DNA of 64,000 nucleotides from Longimicrobiales bacterium (GCA_965218295.1 CBDCKN010000015.1:224001-288000), one strand, 5' to 3'. Positions 9,131 to 19,263 are shown, numbered from the stretch's first letter. A program made the numbers and translations. The notes: generated from the letters alone by a model not told the origin.

Positions 9131-10257
9131 CCCCCGTTGGGGCGGTAGCGGAAGAGGACGGTGACGCCGTAGCGCTGGTAGTACTGGTCGCCCACGTCGG
9201 TCTCCGCGCGCGTCCAGCCGAACTGGAGGGCGGTGTCGAGGTTGGCTGCCACCGGACGGCTCAGGGTCAGATAGGCCTGCGAGGCGTTGTCCGCCTCCTC
9301 ACCAGGCACCAGCCGCACGAACTCGGTCTCGAACAGGTAGCTCTTCCCGGTCACCACGAGAAAGCCATCGGCGATGACGGACCAGGGCAAGGGATAGGTG
9401 ATCTGCGTCCGGAAGGCCAAGGCGTCGTACTCCGGCCGTCGGGAGTTGGATCGATTCCGAGTCCCCTCGACGCCCACGTCGACGAGAAGGGCCTCGCCGA
9501 GGTAGGTCCACGCGGCTCCGACCTTCAGCGTATGATCCCGCCGGAACGGATCGTCGGGATCGAAGCTCCCCTGCTGCGGATACGTCGAGCGCTCGAACTC
9601 CCCGAAGAGCCTGAGCCTCCAGTCGCGGCGGCTCAGCCAGTTCACGCCCAGCTCGGCCGACGCTCCGCGCCGGTCCAGGAGCTTGAGCTGCGGAACCGGG
9701 TCGACGCCCTGGTAGTTCTCGATCTCGCCGTTGAGCCCCACGTCGATCGACAACCCTCCAGCGGCCAGGTACCGCACGAGCGCACCCCCGGTCCACTGCT
9801 TGTAGCCGGGCTGGAGGAAGAGCGGCATCGGTGGTCGGTCCTCCACCGCACGCCCCTTGAAGCCTCCCATGAGGACCAGGCTGCCCCAGTCCTGGAGCGA
9901 CCGGGAGTAGTTGGCGTCGATGCTGCCGACCCACTCCCTGGGAGCGTAGTCCCGGATCTTGAACCCCGTGGCGGCGAACTGGCGGAGTCCAACGTCCACG
10001 GTGACGTCCAGCAGGCTCCGCTCATGTCCGGGCAGCAGGTCCATCTCCAGGCGCGTGGAGAACTGCCCCACCGCCGCCGCCGCTTCGTTGATGCTGTCCA
10101 CTACTGGGATCGTCACCGCCGAGAGGTTCCCCGAGTAGCCCTCAGCGGCCACGCCGCCCGTGATCAGGAGGTCTCGGATCACCTGGCCACCGGCAGGTGC
10201 GATACCGACCAGGGGCGCACAAAGGGCGCCCAGGACGAAGAAGGCCCGGCTCTTCAT
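9127..10257 (-). CDS. Probable outer-membrane beta-barrel protein
   Basis: Signal peptide MKSRAFFVLGALCA; alternating amphipathic strands; ends YGVTVLFRYRP; TGATG coupling to upstream gene. Confidence 0.6.
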   Translation of the reverse strand: MKSRAFFVLGALCAPLVGIAPAGGQVIRDLLITGGVAAEGYSGNLSAVTIPVVDSINEAAAAVGQFSTRLEMDLLPGHERSLLDVTVDVGLRQFAATGFKIRDYAPREWVGSIDANYSRSLQDWGSLVLMGGFKGRAVEDRPPMPLFLQPGYKQWTGGALVRYLAAGGLSIDVGLNGEIENYQGVDPVPQLKLLDRRGASAELGVNWLSRRDWRLRLFGEFERSTYPQQGSFDPDDPFRRDHTLKVGAAWTYLGEALLVDVGVEGTRNRSNSRRPEYDALAFRTQITYPLPWSVIADGFLVVTGKSYLFETEFVRLVPGEEADNASQAYLTLSRPVAANLDTALQFGWTRAETDVGDQYYQRYGVTVLFRYRPNGG

Positions 10258-11198
10258 CAGGCGTCCACCCCCACCACGTCCCGGAAGCTCACGGCCCGGG
10301 CCCACAGCTGGTCACGGAAGCTCACCAGGTCTGCGCGGAGGCTCTGGAGCCCGCGGATCTGATCCTCCACCGTGCGCAGTCGCTGGACTGCCGTGGAGTC
10401 GCCGGGCGCCACTCCCACCACCGGGTTCGTCTCCGGGCCACGGCCGGGAGATCCCACCGGAAGGCGGTTGTCGTCGAATCGGCCCAGCTCCGAGAGGTTG
10501 TCGCGCCGGCTACGATTGAAGCGCTCCCGCTCCCGCAGAGTGCCGAGTTGGTCGTCGATGTCCGCGATGTTTTCGTCGGTCTGTCGGGCGCGGTGCTCCA
10601 GGAGCTCCGCCTTTGCGAGAATGTCCTCGAAGCCGTCGATGGGATCGATGGTGATGGAGGACATGGCCACGGCCTGCACCGTTACCGTGCTCTCGCGTAC
10701 GAGCTGGTCCCGCTCGAGCTCCAGGTCACCCACGAGGGCGTTGAGGTTGCGGAAGGTCAGAGGACTGGCGGTGTCGGCGGCGGCGACCAGCCGCTCGATC
10801 TCCTGGTCCAGAACCGCGGCGAGGCGCCCACCGGCGCCTTGAGCCGTCCGGGCCCGCTCCTCGTAGCGCTCCGCGGCGGTGCTCCTGGCGCCGGCCAGCG
10901 CCTCGGCCCGGGCGAACCACTGCGTGCGTCCCGCCTCGTCTTCCCGGCCGCGAGCCGCCGCGATGGAGTCCATGACCTCGGTCCACTGTCCGTCGCGGGC
11001 CTCGAAGGCGAAGCGGGCTGCTTCGGCCTCGCTCACGGCCGACCGATAGTCGAGGCGAACCTGCGACAGATTGGGTGGGGTCTGCCCGGAGAGGGTCCCG
11101 GGAGCGGTGATCGCGGCGCACAGAGCCACCACCGTCGTGAGCGTAAGCCTGTCCCGCGGCGCCCTGCGCTCCGTCCGATGCCGAGCCTGGGTCGTCAT
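10257..11198 (-). CDS. Secreted coiled-coil hypothetical protein
   Basis: Signal peptide; helical A/E/R-rich sequence; ATGA overlap with the response regulator. Confidence 0.65.
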   Translation of the reverse strand: MTTQARHRTERRAPRDRLTLTTVVALCAAITAPGTLSGQTPPNLSQVRLDYRSAVSEAEAARFAFEARDGQWTEVMDSIAAARGREDEAGRTQWFARAEALAGARSTAAERYEERARTAQGAGGRLAAVLDQEIERLVAAADTASPLTFRNLNALVGDLELERDQLVRESTVTVQAVAMSSITIDPIDGFEDILAKAELLEHRARQTDENIADIDDQLGTLRERERFNRSRRDNLSELGRFDDNRLPVGSPGRGPETNPVVGVAPGDSTAVQRLRTVEDQIRGLQSLRADLVSFRDQLWARAVSFRDVVGVDA

Positions 11199-12592
11199 GC
11201 CTCTATGCCGTACTTCTCCAACTTGTAGTAGAACGCGCTGGACTTCAGCCCGAGAAGTCGCGCCGCCTCAGCCTTTACACCGTGCGCCTTCTCAAGAGCC
11301 CTTCGGAGCATCTGCTCCTCCATGGTCCCGACCATGTCGTTCAGGTCCATGCCCGTGTCCGGGAGCTCCGCATCGGGGAACCTCACGAAGCTCTCGCCAT
11401 TGCCCTCGGGGAGCGGGATGTCGTCGGGCTCCAGCATCTCGCCCTCGGCAAGGACCAGGGCCCGCTCCATCACGTTCTCCAGCTCCCTCACATTCCCCGG
11501 CCAGTGGTACGCCGACAGCTTCGCCATGGCGTTCATGCTCACCGAGCGCACGGCGGATCGCGTCCGCTCGCTGAGCTTCTCGATGAAGTACTGGACCAGC
11601 AGAGGCACGTCGGACATTCGGTCCCGTAGCGGCGGGATCGTCAGCGGCACCACGTGCAGCCGGTAGAACAGGTCTTCGCGGAATCCGTAGGAGCGGACGA
11701 GCTCGTCCACCGGGACGTTGGTCGCCACGATGATGCGCACGTCCACGCTGACGGTCTCTTCACCGCCCACGCGCTCAAATTCGCGCTCCTGGAGCACGCG
11801 CAGGAGCCTCACTTGGGTCGACTGGGCGATGGTGGAGATCTCGTCCAAGAAGAGCGTTCCGCCGTCGGCCAACTCGAAGCGTCCATGCCGCTGCTTTTCC
11901 GCACCCGTAAAGGCCCCCTTCTCGTGTCCGAAGAGCTCGGAGTCGAGAAGGCTCTCGGTGAGAGCGCCGCAGTTCACGCGGACGAACGGCCCCTCGGCGC
12001 GCTGCGAGCGGGCGTGGACCGCACGGGCCACGAGCTCCTTCCCTGTTCCCGACTCCCCGTAGATCATGACCGTCGAGTCGCTTCGGGCGACGCGGTCGAC
12101 CATGCGGAATACTTCTTCCATGGGGGGAGAGGCGCCCACCATCTCGCCGTACCGGGCCTCCGCCTCCTCCCGCAGGTAGGCGTTCTCGACCCTGAGGGTC
12201 TCGTTCTCCCGGCGGAGTCGCAAGCGTTCCGCCCGGTCGTTCAGGATCCGGTCCACCTTCACGCCGAACTCCTCGGAGGAGAACGGCTTGGTGATGAAGT
12301 CGATTGCTCCTTGCTTCATGGCCGCCACGGCCTCTTTGATGGTGCCGAAGGCCGTGATGACCATGACCTCCGAGTCAGGTGACATCTCACGCACCTGCTG
12401 AAGCACCTCGAGGCCGTCCATCTTGACCATCTTCAGATCGGTGATGACCAGGTCGGCGCCCTCTTCCTGGAGGAGCTCGAGCCCGCTCTCGCCGTCCCCC
12501 GCCGACGACGTACGATGACCTCGCCTCCGGAGAAGGAGCTCGAGCCCTTCCCGGATGCTGTCGTGATCGTCGATGATGAGAACGCTGGCCAT
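11195..12592 (-). CDS. Sigma-54-dependent NtrC-family response regulator
   Basis: REC domain (IIDD, TDLKM, KPF), GESGTGKE, GAFTGA, WPGNVREL, Fis-type HTH. Confidence 0.93.
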   Translation of the reverse strand: MASVLIIDDHDSIREGLELLLRRRGHRTSSAGDGESGLELLQEEGADLVITDLKMVKMDGLEVLQQVREMSPDSEVMVITAFGTIKEAVAAMKQGAIDFITKPFSSEEFGVKVDRILNDRAERLRLRRENETLRVENAYLREEAEARYGEMVGASPPMEEVFRMVDRVARSDSTVMIYGESGTGKELVARAVHARSQRAEGPFVRVNCGALTESLLDSELFGHEKGAFTGAEKQRHGRFELADGGTLFLDEISTIAQSTQVRLLRVLQEREFERVGGEETVSVDVRIIVATNVPVDELVRSYGFREDLFYRLHVVPLTIPPLRDRMSDVPLLVQYFIEKLSERTRSAVRSVSMNAMAKLSAYHWPGNVRELENVMERALVLAEGEMLEPDDIPLPEGNGESFVRFPDAELPDTGMDLNDMVGTMEEQMLRRALEKAHGVKAEAARLLGLKSSAFYYKLEKYGIEA

Positions 12593-12617
12593 GTCGTGGA
12601 CGGCTGAAGTGTACGGG

Positions 12618-14066
12618 TTACGTGGCCGGAGACATGCTGGAGAGGGGGAGATCCTCCGAGCCGTTGAAATATACGCGGAACTCCGCGCCGCTCCCAAGGG
12701 AATCACCATCTCCGGAGCCATCACCGGTGTAGAGCGTCACGCGTCCTCCGTTGGCGGCGACCAACTTCTGGACGATGGCCAGCCCCAGTCCAGCCCCCTG
12801 CTCCTTGTGCGAGACGAAGGGCTCGAAGATCCGGTCCCGGAGCTCCTCCGAGATGCCCGGACCGTCGTCCTTCACGATGACCCGCACCTCCCCGTAGTGC
12901 GCCTCACAGCTGAGCTTCACGTTGTCACCCGCCTGGGCCGCATTCCGCAGGAGGTTCAGCGTGACCCGCTTCACATGACTCGGATCGGCGTGAGCTACCA
13001 GCGGCTCCGAAGGAAGGTCGACCTCCAGGTGGCAGTTGTCCCTGGTCTCGAGCGCCACGAGCTCGGCCGCCTCCCGTACCGGCTCGCAGACGTTGTGGAA
13101 GCTCACGTTGGGGTCCAGCGGCTTGGCGAACGTCAGGAAATCTTGGATGATGACGTTGAGCGCCTGCACCTCGCTTCGGATCCGCCTAACGAGGCGATCC
13201 CGCTCCTCAGGAGACTCGGCGTCCGCCACCGCCGCGGCGAAGAGCTCGAGGCCTCCCAGGGGGTTCCGGATCTCGTGGGCCACCTGGGCCAGCATGAGTC
13301 GCAGGTGCTCGTCCCTGCGCACGATGCCCACGCGCATGCGCTCCATGGCCCTCGACAGTTGCCTGAGCTCGCGCCCCATCTCCTCTCCCACGGGCTCGGC
13401 CCAGCGGCCTCTCTGGATGCGCAAAGCCACATGGCTCAGACGCTCCAGTGGCCGAGCCACGTTCCTGGACAGGAAGACGGCCATGAGGATCGCCGCCGCC
13501 GTGGCCACTATGGATCCCCACAGGATCCTGTACCTCAGTAGAGCGAGGGGGACCAGGTAGTCGGCCGGCATGCGCACCGCCAGCACGAGGCCGGGGTTCT
13601 GCGTGCCCAGGCCGATGAAGCCGTACTTGTACGGCTGCCCGTCAACGGAGAACAGATCCGATGTCGTCGCCGTGTTCAGGCGCTCCGCCTCACCCATCTC
13701 CTCCCCGTATGCCTCGAAGCGGGTCAGCGACCCGATGGGCACCTCACTCGCGGGTCGGGTCGATACCACGGAGGTGTAGTCGGCCGTGCGGATGATCCAG
13801 GCCTCCGCCACGTAGGCCTGGAGCTGCCGAAGCCTGCTCTGCTGACTCGTGTACGTCCGGAGCTGCTCGTCTCCGGGCCGAAGAGCGGTGAGACCGGAGG
13901 TGGAGAATCCCACCCTCGCGGCCGTTCCCGTCACCTGCCGGAGCTTGTCGTCCATCTCGGCTTCCAGGTCGGCCCGGACGATGAGCCACGTGCCCCATCC
14001 ACCCACGACGGCGAGCACCACCGAGAAGGTCACGAGGACGATGATGAATCGGCGGCGGAGAGACAT
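12618..14066 (-). CDS. HAMP-domain sensor histidine kinase
   Basis: Two TMs, HAMP, H-box AHEIRNPL, NLLRNA, DDGPGI, GAGLGL. Confidence 0.92.
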   Translation of the reverse strand: MSLRRRFIIVLVTFSVVLAVVGGWGTWLIVRADLEAEMDDKLRQVTGTAARVGFSTSGLTALRPGDEQLRTYTSQQSRLRQLQAYVAEAWIIRTADYTSVVSTRPASEVPIGSLTRFEAYGEEMGEAERLNTATTSDLFSVDGQPYKYGFIGLGTQNPGLVLAVRMPADYLVPLALLRYRILWGSIVATAAAILMAVFLSRNVARPLERLSHVALRIQRGRWAEPVGEEMGRELRQLSRAMERMRVGIVRRDEHLRLMLAQVAHEIRNPLGGLELFAAAVADAESPEERDRLVRRIRSEVQALNVIIQDFLTFAKPLDPNVSFHNVCEPVREAAELVALETRDNCHLEVDLPSEPLVAHADPSHVKRVTLNLLRNAAQAGDNVKLSCEAHYGEVRVIVKDDGPGISEELRDRIFEPFVSHKEQGAGLGLAIVQKLVAANGGRVTLYTGDGSGDGDSLGSGAEFRVYFNGSEDLPLSSMSPAT

Positions 14067-14125
14067 CGCTCCCTGGCCGCGGGCCTTTCGCCGCCGATCC
14101 AATCGGCCTGGCTCGGCGGCGAGGT

Positions 14126-15100
14126 CTACCCGCACGGAACCCGCTCCACCCGGGGCTCGGGGAAGAGCACCGGCGGAGCCGTCTTCGGCGCCAGCACGAT
14201 GTGGAAGGGCACATGGAGGCGTGCAGCGGGTGAGCAGAAGTCACCGGGAACCCGCTCGACGACCTCGGTAAGCGTCCCGCCATCGATCTGGAGTATGCGT
14301 CTCACCTCCACACTGTCCCCAGCCTCGAAGCGAAGGCCCACGGCGCCGATGACGACCATGTCGCGCTCGAAGTCCACCTCCGGGGGATTCTCCTCGCGGC
14401 CGACGTGGGACCTCCAGAACTCCGGCCATCCCAACTGCGAAGTGAAGGTGAACGATGCGCCGAGCTCGGCGAAGGAGTCCTCGCCCCGGTCCAGCGTCGC
14501 GAACGGCACGCTGCCGGCGTACAGGGACACGAATGTGTCTCCCAACGTGAACTGACTGGCGAGGACGGACACCTGTACGACCCGGCTGGCCGCCGGGTCC
14601 GGGCCGGATCCGGCCGGCGTCAGATTGCTGAAGTCGCCGGACGAGCAGCGTACCCACGTCGCGACTTCGCCCCGTGAGTCGTCCTGGACCATCAGGATCA
14701 CCGTGGTGCGGGTGATCCCGCAGGTCGGAATCAGATCCGGATCGAGCTCGCCGGTAAAGAGCGTCAGCCCCTCCGTCTGGTTGATCTGGGTGATCATTCC
14801 GGCGTAAGCGGAGGCATACGCGGAAGGCTCGCCGGGGCTCTGCATCACGTTCTCTTCCCCCAACACTCCCAGGTACGAGATCCTCTCGGTGAGCTCCCAA
14901 GCCCCCGACGACTCCCAGATCACGGTTTGCTGCAGCTCTCCCTGGTCCACCGCCAACGGAACCAGGAGGGTCACACGAATCTGCCCGAGCTGACCGAAGC
15001 GAAGCGCATCGGGGTCGGGACCCGACCCACCGTCGCACGCTCCTAACAGGGCTGCGGCGATAGGGAGGATTCTATCGATCCGTCTGGGAAACGGGGTCAT
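14126..15100 (-). CDS. Lipoprotein with C-terminal PrcB-like domain
   Basis: Lipobox LLGAC; C-terminal W..FW..H....PPEVDFER.MVV...P...C......PFHIV. Confidence 0.6.
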   Translation of the reverse strand: MTPFPRRIDRILPIAAALLGACDGGSGPDPDALRFGQLGQIRVTLLVPLAVDQGELQQTVIWESSGAWELTERISYLGVLGEENVMQSPGEPSAYASAYAGMITQINQTEGLTLFTGELDPDLIPTCGITRTTVILMVQDDSRGEVATWVRCSSGDFSNLTPAGSGPDPAASRVVQVSVLASQFTLGDTFVSLYAGSVPFATLDRGEDSFAELGASFTFTSQLGWPEFWRSHVGREENPPEVDFERDMVVIGAVGLRFEAGDSVEVRRILQIDGGTLTEVVERVPGDFCSPAARLHVPFHIVLAPKTAPPVLFPEPRVERVPCG

Positions 15101-15138
15101 CCGGAACACCAGTCGAGCATTGAGGGTTCGATCGCACT

Positions 15139-15711
15139 ATGAGCAAACAAACGAATGCAAGGGAGCGACTCAAGACTCTTCTTCTGGAGCGCTCCGTGCG
15201 TGTGGGAGATTTTACCCTCGCGAGTGGAGCCCGTTCGTCCTACTACGTAGACGCCCGCCAGACCACCATGACCGCGGAGGGCCAGCGCCTCACGGGAAAG
15301 GTCTGTTACGACCTCATCGAAGAGGCTGGCTGGGACGTATCCCACGTCGGGGGGCTCACCCTGGGTGCCGATCCGGTCACCTACGCCATCGTCCACCACA
15401 GCTGTGGGCGCAAGCGGGCTCTCGACGGATTCACCGTCCGGAAAGAGGCCAAGGAGCATGGGACGGGACGGCAGATCGAGGGAGGTCTACCCGAGGACGC
15501 CCGGGTGGTGATCATCGAGGATTCCCTCACCAGCGGGGGAAGCGCGCTCAAGGCCATTAAGGCGGTACGCGAACACGGCGCCAGCATCGCCGGTGTCCTC
15601 TGTCTCGTGGATCGCGAGGAGGGCGCCAGGGAGTGCTTGGGCGAGCTGGGCCTACCGCTCGTTGCGGCGTTCACCGGAAGCGAGCTCTTGACCGCCGCTG
15701 GAGCCGCATAA
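15139..15711 (+). CDS. pyrE: Orotate phosphoribosyltransferase
   Basis: GDFTLASG..SSYYVD, VRKEAKEHG, IIEDSLTSGGS. Confidence 0.95.
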   Translation: MSKQTNARERLKTLLLERSVRVGDFTLASGARSSYYVDARQTTMTAEGQRLTGKVCYDLIEEAGWDVSHVGGLTLGADPVTYAIVHHSCGRKRALDGFTVRKEAKEHGTGRQIEGGLPEDARVVIIEDSLTSGGSALKAIKAVREHGASIAGVLCLVDREEGARECLGELGLPLVAAFTGSELLTAAGAA

Positions 15712-15725
15712 GGCAGTGTTGTTCT

Positions 15726-16850
15726 TCAGTCGAGCAGCCTCAGAGGCATGACCAGGCAGAGGTAGTCTACCGGGTCTTCCCCATCCGGCATTACGGGCTC
15801 GATGGTCGCCGCTCGCTCGGGAGCCTTCAACGTGATCTTTACGTCGTCGGTCTCCATGTGACGCAGCACTTCGAGGAGATACGCGGCGTTGAACCCGATC
15901 TCTAGGCCTTCTCCTTCGTAGCTGAGCTCGAGCTCGTCCTCTCCCTCTCCGAGATCGGGAGTGAGGACATTCAGGTGGACCCGATCCGCCTCGAACATCA
16001 TCCGGATACGATGGGTCTGATCGCTCGCGACCACCGCCATTCGACGCACCGCGGACGCCAGCGTATTCTTGTCGACGATGGCGAACTTGTCGTTGTCCTT
16101 CGGGATGACCTGTTCGTAGTTCGGATAATTTCCCTCGATCAGGCGCGTGTAGACCTCCGTGCCTCCGGCCCTGAATCCTAGGTGATTTCCGCCCCGGGCT
16201 ACCTCCAGATCGTCCTCCTGCTCGAACAGGCGCTGGACCTGCTGCAACGCGGCTGGTGGTACGATGAAGTCGGCGCTGGAGGCGCCGGAGGCGCTGGAGG
16301 AGGAGGCCGGGATCCCCATGCGGGCCAGCCTGTGACCGTTCGTGGCCACCATGCGCATGTGCCCCTCGCGAAGCTCCCAGAGGACACCGTTCAGAATGGG
16401 GCGGCTCTCTTCGGTAGATACCGCAAAGGACGTGTGCTTGATGAGCCCATGAAGGTCCCCACCCTTAACCCTCCACCCTTCTTTGAAGTCCACCTCGGGG
16501 AGCGTGGGAAACTCGTCGCTGGGCAGCCCGTTCAACTTGAAGTGGCTTGGTCCACACTTGAGTTCAATCTGATCACCCCTCATCGTCACCTCGACCGGCT
16601 GATCGGGGAGCTCGCGGGCGATCTCCTGTAGCTTCTTTCCAGGAGCCGTCAGGCTGCCCTGCTCCCTGACGTCGGCGAGCACCCATACGCGCACCGCAAC
16701 ATCGAGGTCCGTGCCGCTCATCCAGATCCCGTCTTGTCCGGCCTCCAGCAAGATGTTGGAAAGCACTGGGAGAGTCGTCTTCGTAGGAATGCTCGCCGAG
16801 ACGGCGGCGAGGCCCTTGTGAAGGTTCTGCCGAGTGATTGTGCAGTTCAT
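15726..16850 (-). CDS. dnaN: DNA polymerase III beta clamp
   Basis: TLPVLSNILL, GTDLD, ESRPILNG, ATNGHRL, LIEGNYPNY, VMPLR. Confidence 0.97.
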   Translation of the reverse strand: MNCTITRQNLHKGLAAVSASIPTKTTLPVLSNILLEAGQDGIWMSGTDLDVAVRVWVLADVREQGSLTAPGKKLQEIARELPDQPVEVTMRGDQIELKCGPSHFKLNGLPSDEFPTLPEVDFKEGWRVKGGDLHGLIKHTSFAVSTEESRPILNGVLWELREGHMRMVATNGHRLARMGIPASSSSASGASSADFIVPPAALQQVQRLFEQEDDLEVARGGNHLGFRAGGTEVYTRLIEGNYPNYEQVIPKDNDKFAIVDKNTLASAVRRMAVVASDQTHRIRMMFEADRVHLNVLTPDLGEGEDELELSYEGEGLEIGFNAAYLLEVLRHMETDDVKITLKAPERAATIEPVMPDGEDPVDYLCLVMPLRLLD

Positions 16851-16881
16851 CGAGCCTCCACGGCGTCTGTCGAGCCCGGGT

Positions 16882-17095
16882 TTTTCAACAGTGGCTATTT
16901 ATTAAAGACTACAGTATAAGAAAAAACTAGTAGTAGTAGAGAGTGTGGAAGTGTGGAGGACCCGGATTTCGCCCTGCTCCTCCAGGAGCCTCCACCGTGC
17001 CACACCATTATGGAAAGCGTGAACAATTCCTCCGGCCTCTTCCTCCCGTAGAAAACTCGGAGTAACCGAGCCGTCTTCCACACGTCTTATCCACG
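16882..17095. other. oriC: Replication origin oriC (DnaA boxes, DnaA-trios, AT-rich unwinding element)
   Basis: dnaA-dnaN intergenic; degenerate boxes at 16882, 16944, 16952, 17009, 17018, 17047, 17074 and 17087; (TAG)x4 at 16928-16939; AT-rich 16896-16926; gene orientation switches here. Confidence 0.88.
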
Positions 17096-17099
17096 CCCA

Positions 17100-18473
17100 T
17101 CAGACCGGTTTCATCAACTCGTCCCGTACGGCTTCGATGCTTCTTCGGAACGAGGAATCGCCCGCCATCGTCTCCTCGACCTTACGAATCGAGTGGATTA
17201 CGGTCGAATGATCCCGGCCTCCGAACAGCTTTCCGATCTGCACCAAGGAGTCGTCGAGGAGATCTCTGATCAGGTACATGGCGACCTGGCGGGGGACCGT
17301 CAAGTCTTTCGTCCGGCGCTTCGAGCTCAGGGCCTCGTCGTGTACGTGCCAGTGCTTGGCTACCACCTCTCGGATGCGCTCCGAGGTCACCGACCCCCCT
17401 GCCGAGCCGGGCTCGTATCCGAAGGTTCCCTGAAGCGCGGTTCGCGCCAACTCGACCGTGATTTCCTGATGGGTGAGGGACGAATAAGCCAGGAGCTTGA
17501 TCACCGCGCCTTCGAGCTCCCGGACCGAGGAAGTGCAAAAGCGGGCGATGAAATCGATGACGTCGTGGTCGAGCGTGAGGTCGTCGTCGGCAGCCTTCTT
17601 CCGGAGGATGGCGATGCGCGTCTCGTAGTCGGGCTGCTTGATGTCGGCCACCAGCCCCCACTCGAAGCGGGAGATGAGCCGCTCCTCGAGCCCCGGGAGC
17701 TCCTTCGGTGGCCGGTCACTGGTGAGAACGATCTGCTTGTGTGCGTCGTAGAGAGCGTTGAACGTGTGGAAGAACTCCTCCTGGGTTCGCTCCTTTCCCT
17801 GCAGAAACTGGACGTCGTCCACGAGCAACAGGTCCATCTGACGGTACCGCCGTCGAAACTCGGCGGTGGTCCCCTGCTGGATGGCAGTCACGAGGTCGTT
17901 GGTGAACTGCTCCGTCGGAAGGTAGGCGATCCGGCTCGAGGGCATCGTCTCGTGAATGGCGTTTCCGATGGCGTGCATGAGGTGGGTCTTACCGAGGCCC
18001 ACGCCGCCGTAGAGGAAGAGCGGGTTGTACATCCGTGCCGGCTTCTCGGCCACGGCGTTGCAGGCCGCTGTTGCCAGTTGGGCGTTGTCACCCACCACGA
18101 ACCGGTCGAATGTGTACCGCTCGTTCAGGGACGGCCGGGGGGTGGAGGCTTCGGCCGCCGGTGCAGACTGAGCCACGTCGGGGGCGGCCACCTCGACGGT
18201 CGGGACCGAGAGCGGCTCGGCTGGGTCTCCACACTGGAGCTTGAGCCGGAGTGGACGCCCCAGGATCTGCTCGATCATGTCCCCCAGCAGGGGCCCGTAC
18301 TTGTCCTCCACCCACTCCACGTGGAACTGGCTCGGTGCCTCCACCAGGAGCTCCGAGTCGGTGAGTCCCACCGCCGCCGTGCCAGCCAGCCACGTACGAT
18401 AGGCCTGCTCCTGAAGGCTGCCTCGGGCTGCCTCGAGGACCCTTGACCACAGGTCTTCGGCCGTGAACTCCAT
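17100..18473 (-). CDS. dnaA: Chromosomal replication initiator DnaA
   Basis: YNPLFLYGGVGLGKTHL, LLVDDVQF, TQEEFFHTFN, GGRDHSTV; ATG at 18473. Confidence 0.98.
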   Translation of the reverse strand: MEFTAEDLWSRVLEAARGSLQEQAYRTWLAGTAAVGLTDSELLVEAPSQFHVEWVEDKYGPLLGDMIEQILGRPLRLKLQCGDPAEPLSVPTVEVAAPDVAQSAPAAEASTPRPSLNERYTFDRFVVGDNAQLATAACNAVAEKPARMYNPLFLYGGVGLGKTHLMHAIGNAIHETMPSSRIAYLPTEQFTNDLVTAIQQGTTAEFRRRYRQMDLLLVDDVQFLQGKERTQEEFFHTFNALYDAHKQIVLTSDRPPKELPGLEERLISRFEWGLVADIKQPDYETRIAILRKKAADDDLTLDHDVIDFIARFCTSSVRELEGAVIKLLAYSSLTHQEITVELARTALQGTFGYEPGSAGGSVTSERIREVVAKHWHVHDEALSSKRRTKDLTVPRQVAMYLIRDLLDDSLVQIGKLFGGRDHSTVIHSIRKVEETMAGDSSFRRSIEAVRDELMKPV

Positions 18474-18546
18474 GCGCTCCTTTGGAATGTCTGGACAGTC
18501 GCGAAATCTAGCGGAGAGTCGGCGGTCTAACACGCTAGAATTCTGA

Positions 18547-18555
18547 TGTGGAAAA
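18547..18555 (-). promoter_or_regulatory. DnaA box upstream of dnaA (possible autoregulation)
   Basis: TTTTCCACA on the minus strand in the dnaA-rpmH intergenic region. Confidence 0.55.
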
Positions 18556-18704
18556 GTCAATTTCGGCGGCTCGGGTCAAGGCGTTTCGGCGCCGTTAGCC
18601 GGGTCGGGCTTGACCTTGGTTGACGCTCTCGGATATCTTTCCATGCTTATTTTTTGGCGGCTACGCGGCGCGGGTCCGGGACGACGAAAGAAGGCTCCAA
18701 GGCT

Positions 18705-18854
18705 ATGAAGCCCACATATAGGCCTCACAATCGGAAGCGCGTGAACAAACACGGCTTTCGTGAGCGGATGAAGACTCGCGGGGGGCGGAGGACCCTAGCG
18801 CGGCGACGGGCGCGGGGACGTGCTCGCCTGGTGGTGAAGATCGGCTCGAAGTAA
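18705..18854 (+). CDS. rpmH: 50S ribosomal protein L34
   Basis: [22 protein letters not shown]. Confidence 0.96.
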   Translation: MKPTYRPHNRKRVNKHGFRERMKTRGGRRTLARRRARGRARLVVKIGSK

Positions 18855-18858
18855 TCGC

Positions 18859-19263
18859 ATGAACGCGGCCCGCTCGGCGGCCGGGCCGGGTCCGAGCAGG
18901 ACCGGTGAGGTCCGTTTTCCACGTTCGGTACGAATCAGCCAGACTCGAGACATTCGATCGCTCCTCCGGCGGGGCACGCGGAAGAAGACGCCCAGTTTGG
19001 ACGTCTTCTTTTTGTCTTCACCCGCTTCGCGAAGCCGGTGGGGAGTCGTCGTTCCCAAACACAGGCACTCGATCGTCCAGCGGAACCGCGTGAAGCGACG
19101 ACTGCGGGAGATCGGGCGAACCCAAGTGCTTCCGCGGCTCAGGGAGGAAGGGCTGGCGTTGGACGTGCTGGTAAGGGCCCGGAGAGAAGCATACGCTGCC
19201 GGTTTCCGTACACTCAGAGCAGAGCTTCAGGCGGTGACGGAGGACTTGTGCTCGGGCGAATGA
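18859..19263 (+). CDS. rnpA: Ribonuclease P protein component
   Basis: RWGVVVPK, RNRVKRRLRE; synteny. Confidence 0.92.
   Translation: MNAARSAAGPGPSRTGEVRFPRSVRISQTRDIRSLLRRGTRKKTPSLDVFFLSSPASRSRWGVVVPKHRHSIVQRNRVKRRLREIGRTQVLPRLREEGLALDVLVRARREAYAAGFRTLRAELQAVTEDLCSGE

Noticed and set aside
8491..10362. Long alternative-frame ORFs (623 aa here; also 52507-54375, 49013-50398, 17193-18446 and others)
   Set aside because: Shadow ORFs overlapping well-supported genes, expected in GC-rich DNA; no motifs
16272..16306. 9-bp repeats in dnaN encoding SSSSASGASS
   Set aside because: Small in-frame slippage expansion, probably in a surface loop; no sign of an intein or a function
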